A stretch of 33,757 bases of DNA from Ruminococcaceae bacterium UBA945 (GTDB lineage Bacteria > Bacillota > Clostridia > Oscillospirales > Acutalibacteraceae), in assembly GCA_002293315.1 (NCBI GenBank), contig DBCZ01000084.1:2334-36090 (forward strand). The letters are read 5' to 3'. Both the position numbers and the translations under genes were made by a program. The notes beneath the pieces were generated by a model. It made no database searches, was not told the DNA's origin, and saw only the letters and a list, made by a program, of their open reading frames with translations. Positions 28,072 to 33,757 of this stretch are shown one piece after another. How positions within the stretch are numbered: position 1 is the stretch's first letter; each line of letters starts with the position of its first letter.

Positions 28072-28236
28072 AACCCCACGAAACAAGACGAAATCAAAGA
28101 TTTCTGTGTTTCGGAGAACATTGTATCATGAACTATTATATTCCGCTTCACGTTTTTGTGGTCATGGTATAATTTAAGTTGTTTGAAACAGAAATCAGTA
28201 TAATTTGAGCATATAGCAGGAAAAGAGGAAATCGCA

Positions 28237-30984
28237 GTGGCAAACGTGTTAAAGGCTCTCTTCGGGAATTACAGCAAGAGAGAACTGAAAAGAATAGATT
28301 CGCTCGTGCAGAAGGTCATCTCGTTGGAAGAGCAATACTCCGCGATGTCTGAAAGCGAGCTGCGCTCGCAGACAGAGAGCTTCAAGCAGCGCCTGGAGCG
28401 CGGCGAAACGCTTGACGATATTCTGCCGGAGGCTTTTGCCGTGTGCTGTGAGGCGACATGGCGCGTGCAGGGAATAAAACCGTATCCCACGCAGATACAG
28501 GGCGGCATTATCTTGCACCAGGGCAGAATTTCAGAGCTGAAAACCGGTGAGGGTAAAACGAACACCGTCGTCATGCCGGCTTATCTTAATGCACTGACGG
28601 GCAACGGCGTGCACGTTGTCACCGTTAACGATTATCTCGCGAAATATCATTCCGAGATGATGGGCAGAATCTACCGTTATCTGGGGCTAAGCATCGGAGT
28701 AATCCTCAATGGGCTTGATAACAACGAGCGCAGAGACGCCTACGCCTGCGACATCACCTACGGCACGAATAATGAATTCGGCTTTGATTATCTGCGTGAC
28801 AACATGGTGATATATAAGGAAAATCGTGTGCAGAGAGGTCATCATTTCGCCGTGGTTGATGAGGTGGACTCCATCCTCATAGATGAGGCGAGGACGCCGC
28901 TTATCATTTCCGGCACGGGGGAGAAATCGACGGAGCTTTACTCCTTGGCGGATAGGTTCGCAAAGACGCTGAAATACGTGAGGGTTGCCGAGACAGACGA
29001 TAAAAAGGATACAGATGAGCTGTATGAGGGCTATGATTATATCGTCAACGAGAAGCTGAAGACGAGCTCCTTGACTAAAAAGGGCGTGAAAAAGGCGGAG
29101 GACTATTTCAGCCTAGAAAACCTCACCGACCCGGACAACATTCAAATTCAGCACCATATAAATCAGGCTATAAAGGCGAACGGCATAATGAAGCGCGACA
29201 TAGACTACGTCGTGCGTGACGGCGAGGTCATCATCGTTGACGAGTTCACCGGCCGCCTGATGTACGGCAGACGCTATAATGAAGGTCTGCACCAGGCGAT
29301 TGAGGCCAAGGAGGGTGTAAAGGTTGCGCGGGAAAGCAAAACTCTGGCTACGATAACCTTCCAGAACTATTTCCGCCTTTATAACAAGCTTTCGGGCATG
29401 ACGGGAACTGCAATGACGGAGGAGGAGGAATTCGCGGAAATCTATAAGCTTGACGTCGTGGAAATCCCGACGTATAAGCCGATGATTCGCGAAGACTGCC
29501 CCGATGTAGTCTATCAAACCGAGCAAGCCAAATATGAGAACGTAATTGAGGATATAGTGGAATGCCACGCGACGGGTCAGCCGATTCTCGTAGGCACAAT
29601 CACGATTGAGCATTCTGAAATGATAAGTAAGATGCTCAAAAAGCGCGGCGTGGCGCACGTCGTTTTGAATGCGAAGCACCATGAGAAGGAAGCGGAGATA
29701 GTCGCGCAGGCGGGCAAAAAGGGCGCGGTGACGATTGCCACAAACATGGCAGGCCGCGGAACGGATATAATCCTCGGCGGAAACGCCGACTACATGGCCA
29801 TGGCCGAGATGAGAAAGCAGGGCTATGAAGAGGAGATGGTGGTTGAGGCCACGGGCTTCAGCCAGACAGAAGACAGCGAAATTCTTGATGCGCGCAAGGT
29901 TTACCATGAGCTGAACGAAAAATTCAAGGCCGAAATCGCGGTGGACGCCGAGGAGGTTCGCGCGCTTGGCGGATTGTATATAATCGGCACGGAGCGGCAC
30001 GAATCACGGCGTATAGATAATCAGCTGCGCGGGCGCTCGGGCCGTCAGGGAGACCCCGGCAAGAGCAGGTTCTATATCTCGCTGGAGGATGAGCTCATGC
30101 GCCTGTTCGGCGGCGAGAGGCTTCAAATGATTATGAGCCGCATGAATATAGACGCGAACACACCGATTGAGGCGGGTATGGTCTCGAACTCAATCGAATC
30201 CGCTCAGAAGAAGGTGGAGAGCCGGAACTTCGCGATAAGAAAGAATGTTCTGCAATATGACGACGTAATGAACAGGCAGAGGGAAATCATCTACGGGCAG
30301 CGAAATCAGGTGCTTGACGGCGACGACATGAAGGCGCAAGTCACAAAGATGATTGACGAGAGCATAGACGAGAACGTCAAAACATATATGCCGACTGACG
30401 CTTTGCATGACGACTGGGATTTGAACGCCCTCAGAGAGACATATCTCGGCTGGCTGATAGGCGATTCAGATTTGAGATATACCGCCGATGAGCTGGAAGA
30501 GCTTGACCCCGAGACGGCCGCGGAGGAGCTGAAGAAAAAGGCTGCGGAGCTGTATGAGCGCAGAGAAGCGACCTTCACGCCGAAGATTATGCGTGAGGTT
30601 GAGCGCGTGGTGTTGCTGAAGAACGTTGACAGAGAGTGGATGGACCACATCGACGCAATGGAGCAGCTCAAAGACGGCATTCGCCTGAGGGCATACGGTC
30701 AGCATGACCCCGTCGTGGAATACCGCCTTGAGGGCTTTGATATGTTCGACAGCATGATTGAGTCGATTCGTCAGAACACCGCCAAGATGGTGCTAACCGT
30801 TCAGCTGCGCACTCCCGACGCGCCTAAGAGGGAGCAGGTTGCGACCATTACAGGCGCGGGCGCCGGAGGCGACGGCACAGTGAAGAAGCAGCCAATGAGG
30901 AAGGATAAAAAACCCGGAAGAAATGACCCCTGCCCGTGCGGCAGCGGAAAAAAGTACAAGAAATGCCACGGCATGAACGAATAA
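28237..30984 (+). CDS. secA: Preprotein translocase ATPase SecA
   Basis: [66 protein letters not shown]-terminal zinc motif [17 protein letters not shown]. Confidence 0.98.
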   Translation: MANVLKALFGNYSKRELKRIDSLVQKVISLEEQYSAMSESELRSQTESFKQRLERGETLDDILPEAFAVCCEATWRVQGIKPYPTQIQGGIILHQGRISELKTGEGKTNTVVMPAYLNALTGNGVHVVTVNDYLAKYHSEMMGRIYRYLGLSIGVILNGLDNNERRDAYACDITYGTNNEFGFDYLRDNMVIYKENRVQRGHHFAVVDEVDSILIDEARTPLIISGTGEKSTELYSLADRFAKTLKYVRVAETDDKKDTDELYEGYDYIVNEKLKTSSLTKKGVKKAEDYFSLENLTDPDNIQIQHHINQAIKANGIMKRDIDYVVRDGEVIIVDEFTGRLMYGRRYNEGLHQAIEAKEGVKVARESKTLATITFQNYFRLYNKLSGMTGTAMTEEEEFAEIYKLDVVEIPTYKPMIREDCPDVVYQTEQAKYENVIEDIVECHATGQPILVGTITIEHSEMISKMLKKRGVAHVVLNAKHHEKEAEIVAQAGKKGAVTIATNMAGRGTDIILGGNADYMAMAEMRKQGYEEEMVVEATGFSQTEDSEILDARKVYHELNEKFKAEIAVDAEEVRALGGLYIIGTERHESRRIDNQLRGRSGRQGDPGKSRFYISLEDELMRLFGGERLQMIMSRMNIDANTPIEAGMVSNSIESAQKKVESRNFAIRKNVLQYDDVMNRQREIIYGQRNQVLDGDDMKAQVTKMIDESIDENVKTYMPTDALHDDWDLNALRETYLGWLIGDSDLRYTADELEELDPETAAEELKKKAAELYERREATFTPKIMREVERVVLLKNVDREWMDHIDAMEQLKDGIRLRAYGQHDPVVEYRLEGFDMFDSMIESIRQNTAKMVLTVQLRTPDAPKREQVATITGAGAGGDGTVKKQPMRKDKKPGRNDPCPCGSGKKYKKCHGMNE

Positions 30985-30996
30985 GGAGGCCTGAAA

Positions 30997-31788
30997 ATGA
31001 AAAAGATTCTTTGCTGCCTGACGGCAATTATAATGACGCTCAGCCTTGCCGCTTGCGACAGTATCCCCTTGCCGGGCTTCGAGGAATATGACGTCTCGGG
31101 GCATATCGGGGCAATTCTTGAAAGCAGCTATTATCAGAACAGTACGAAGATAATGGAGATAACAAGCGAAACCCCGGAAGCGGCGGCGGAGTATTACAGC
31201 GTCACCGTGCGAAACGCCACGACGCGTTTTTGCAATACGTTCGGCATCAACCCCGCGGCAGATCAGATGGCGGAGCTTGAAACCGTGATTGGTGAGGCTT
31301 ACCGCCTTGCGAAATATACCGTTCAGCCGGAGGTGAAGGTCAGCACGGGGTACACAATCGACGTGGAAATCACGCCGCTGACGAATATCAGAGACAGCGC
31401 CGGGGAATTTGAAGAGGCAACGCAGAGAATCGCGGAGAAGTATAACCAGCAGGCCATAGCGTCCGCGACCAATGACGACGGCCAGGCGAACCGCGAAAGC
31501 GACACCGACGAATATGCGGACAACGGCGAGGAGGATTATGACGGCGACGCTTCTTCCGATAATTTTGAAGAGCCGATTGAGCCGCCGCCGATAGATACTG
31601 ACGCAATGAACAGAGAGATAATTGCCGAGATGATTCAGCTCATCAGGAATTCACTGCTTGTGCCGTCTTACGGTGAAATGACAACCGTAACTCTGGACAT
31701 TCTCCTTGAGGATAACGGAGACATTCTTTTAGACACAGTGCAGATGGACAGAATAGACGAAACAGTTTTGACTATTGCGAAAGGATAA
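30997..31788 (+). CDS. Hypothetical acidic lipoprotein
   Basis: MKK, hydrophobic stretch and LAAC lipobox; AGGAGG RBS; D/E-rich low-complexity segment. Confidence 0.75.
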   Translation: MKKILCCLTAIIMTLSLAACDSIPLPGFEEYDVSGHIGAILESSYYQNSTKIMEITSETPEAAAEYYSVTVRNATTRFCNTFGINPAADQMAELETVIGEAYRLAKYTVQPEVKVSTGYTIDVEITPLTNIRDSAGEFEEATQRIAEKYNQQAIASATNDDGQANRESDTDEYADNGEEDYDGDASSDNFEEPIEPPPIDTDAMNREIIAEMIQLIRNSLLVPSYGEMTTVTLDILLEDNGDILLDTVQMDRIDETVLTIAKG

Positions 31789-31790
31789 AT

Positions 31791-32450
31791 ATGCTTAGAA
31801 TAATAGATTTATACAGCTTTGAACACTCCCTCGCACGCCCTTTGCTTGAAAGATTCGAGTACCCCTGGGAGGCACTTTCTGAGATAGGAGGCTTCATTAA
31901 GGAGCTCGGCACAGGCCTGCCCGAAGCGGAATATGAAAAGCGCGGTGAGGACATATGGATTTCAAAATCCGCGAAGATTTTTCCGAACAACTACATCGCA
32001 GGGCCGACGATAATCGGCCATAACACCGAGGTGCGGCCGGGGGCGTTCATCAGAGGCAATGCGCTGGTGGGCAACAACTGCGTGGTGGGGAACTCCACAG
32101 AGCTGAAGAACGTGATTCTCTTTGATAATGTGCAGGTGCCGCATTACAATTACGTCGGCGATTCCATTCTCGGCTACAAGGCGCACATGGGTGCCGGTGC
32201 GGTGACGTCTAACGTGAAGCAGGATAAATCGTCCGTCACGGTTGCGTTTGACGGCGGCAGAATTGACACCGGGCTTAAAAAGTTCGGCGCAATGCTCGGC
32301 GATAACGTCGAAGTCGGGTGCAATTCTGTGCTTAACCCGGGCACTGTAATCGGAAAAGAGGCGCGCGTCTATCCTCTCTCAATGGTGCGCGGCGTCGTGC
32401 CTAAACGCTCGATTCACAAGAATAACGGCACGGTGGTTGAGATAAAATAA
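31791..32450 (+). CDS. Left-handed beta-helix acyltransferase resembling the C-terminal domain of archaeal-type GlmU (glucosamine-1-phosphate N-acetyltransferase-like)
   Basis: YPWE, IAGPTIIG, VRPGAFIRG, GNSTELKN, PHYNYVGDSILG, GAGAVTSN, KFGAMLGD, GCNSVLNPG; no nucleotidyltransferase domain. Confidence 0.8.
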   Translation: MLRIIDLYSFEHSLARPLLERFEYPWEALSEIGGFIKELGTGLPEAEYEKRGEDIWISKSAKIFPNNYIAGPTIIGHNTEVRPGAFIRGNALVGNNCVVGNSTELKNVILFDNVQVPHYNYVGDSILGYKAHMGAGAVTSNVKQDKSSVTVAFDGGRIDTGLKKFGAMLGDNVEVGCNSVLNPGTVIGKEARVYPLSMVRGVVPKRSIHKNNGTVVEIK

Positions 32451-32457
32451 AAGAAAC

Positions 32458-32495
32458 GGGAGAGCCTTGGCTCTCCCTTGTTGTTTGCTTTTTCT
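32458..32495. terminator. Terminator between convergent genes
   Basis: GGGAGAGCC-TT-GGCTCTCCC followed by a T-rich tract. Confidence 0.7.
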
Positions 32496-32498
32496 GCT

Positions 32499-33023
32499 TC
32501 ACCCGCTGCCCAATTCAACGAGCCTGTCAAAATAGCCTTCTTCGGCGGAGTAATACCTAATCCCGTTCCCTGCCTTATCAGTGTAGACAAATATGGTGTT
32601 CTCTTCGGGCGAAAACCAAAATCCAACATAGTCGAATGCAATTTCATAGTTCCTTAGGTGATTTCCTTGCGTACCGGAATTCACAATTTCTTTATGCGAA
32701 TATCTAAATGAGTTTAAAATATCAATTATCTCATCATACTCATCATCTGCCTCTGTATAGCCATTATTCCCTCTATTACCCGGAGTGCTATCCATGAATC
32801 CGCTCCCCCAAAAATGGATTTCAGAGATATGCTCACTGTTGCTGTCAATATAGAAAAGCCTGTTTGAAAACGGCAGCTCCATAGTGTAACCAAAGCTTCC
32901 GCCGAAACGGGCAAGCATGTATGGATAGGTGAAAAACCCGATTATCAGAATAAGGGAGAGAAAAACAGGAATAATGATTTTCCTCTTTTTGAATTTCCTT
33001 TGGGTCTGTTCTGTGTTCGTCAT
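32499..33023 (-). CDS. Hypothetical membrane-anchored extracytoplasmic protein
   Basis: Basic patch RKFKKRK, one TM helix, then a soluble domain; start uncertain (33047, 33035 or 33023; GGTGA precedes 33023). Confidence 0.65.
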   Translation of the reverse strand: MTNTEQTQRKFKKRKIIIPVFLSLILIIGFFTYPYMLARFGGSFGYTMELPFSNRLFYIDSNSEHISEIHFWGSGFMDSTPGNRGNNGYTEADDEYDEIIDILNSFRYSHKEIVNSGTQGNHLRNYEIAFDYVGFWFSPEENTIFVYTDKAGNGIRYYSAEEGYFDRLVELGSG

Positions 33024-33037
33024 GTCTGTCACCATTC

Positions 33038-33757
33038 TCACTTGCATCGAATTTCAAAGTATCTGCCATTGGGGATAGAATCAATCTCTAAATATCTGCC
33101 ACTACTATACCAGCCGTCACTAACTTTTATAAATGCCCTGTACATATCTGTCGCAGTAGTACATCTGAGACGTGTATATGCATAGCCTACAACCGCATGG
33201 TCTCCATATGGGTTTGTATTCCTTGTGGATAACGTCATAAGCATTAAATTGTTCGTGGAATTGCCCTCAAGAGTATTACGGGTTCTAGAATAGTCAATAT
33301 AATTAATATTCGAAGTTCCAATCATGACGCCATATTCCTCAAAGGCTAGAGAAGCAAACAATCCTGATGTTTCTGCAAATGACCCAGTAAAACCCAAATA
33401 AGTCTTGTAATAATTCCCGCCGTGGTTATTATTTGCTTGAAGAACTTTATTGAAAACAGTGGTAACAGAATCATATACAATCTGGGAGTGACCATATCTT
33501 TTACCATACATTTTAATCATATTGGTAATCGCTACTGGGGCACATGGGTTTACATGTCCTGAAAACATGCTTGTTGTAGCAAAGTTCGCATACCCCTCCC
33601 ATTTATTAATATAATTATTTGATACCCATGAGCCACCATAAACATTCCAAGCATAAACGAACGGGTCAGTTATTATTCCGCCTATCGTATTATTCGCAGC
33701 CCTCAGCATTCTCGGCGCTTGGCTTTCAGCTTCTTCCTTCATCTCAACTATCTCTTC
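33038..33757 (-). CDS. Partial (5'-truncated) papain-like cysteine peptidase, C39/C10-like
   Basis: Frame is open to the window edge; candidate triad Cys (PCAPVAITN), His (GDHAVVGYAY), Asp (VSDGW). Confidence 0.6.
   Translation of the reverse strand, partial: EEIVEMKEEAESQAPRMLRAANNTIGGIITDPFVYAWNVYGGSWVSNNYINKWEGYANFATTSMFSGHVNPCAPVAITNMIKMYGKRYGHSQIVYDSVTTVFNKVLQANNNHGGNYYKTYLGFTGSFAETSGLFASLAFEEYGVMIGTSNINYIDYSRTRNTLEGNSTNNLMLMTLSTRNTNPYGDHAVVGYAYTRLRCTTATDMYRAFIKVSDGWYSSGRYLEIDSIPNGRYFEIRCK

Overview
A 33.8-kb chromosomal segment from a Firmicute, most likely Clostridia (Oscillospiraceae/Ruminococcaceae-like, judged from gene content, SLH domains and sigma-A promoters). The housekeeping backbone is darA-holB-yaaT/ricT-ferredoxin-tRNA m6A37 methyltransferase-rsmI-pyk plus secA. 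It is interrupted by single accessory genes that look AT-richer by eye: a Phd/RelE toxin-antitoxin pair, a Fic protein, a DUF6064-like protein, a REP-associated tyrosine transposase (RAYT), an orphan membrane protein and a C39-like peptidase. Also present are a degenerate EF-G paralog, a heterodimeric multidrug-type ABC exporter, an SLH protein, a GH2 beta-galactosidase, a MATE transporter and a 1046-aa tandem GT-C fusion. Four observations stand out. (1) The RAYT carries its own inverted GTAG-type REP pair inside its coding sequence, one REP being tandemly amplified in frame. (2) The ABC exporter has an unannotated 13-codon leader ORF with terminator/antiterminator switches upstream. (3) The tandem GT-C protein joins a GT87-like module to a protein O-mannosyltransferase module. 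(4) The EF-G paralog lacks several canonical GTPase residues. A 56-aa ferredoxin missed by the ORF track was also found. All product calls come from motif recognition by eye; no database searches were run.
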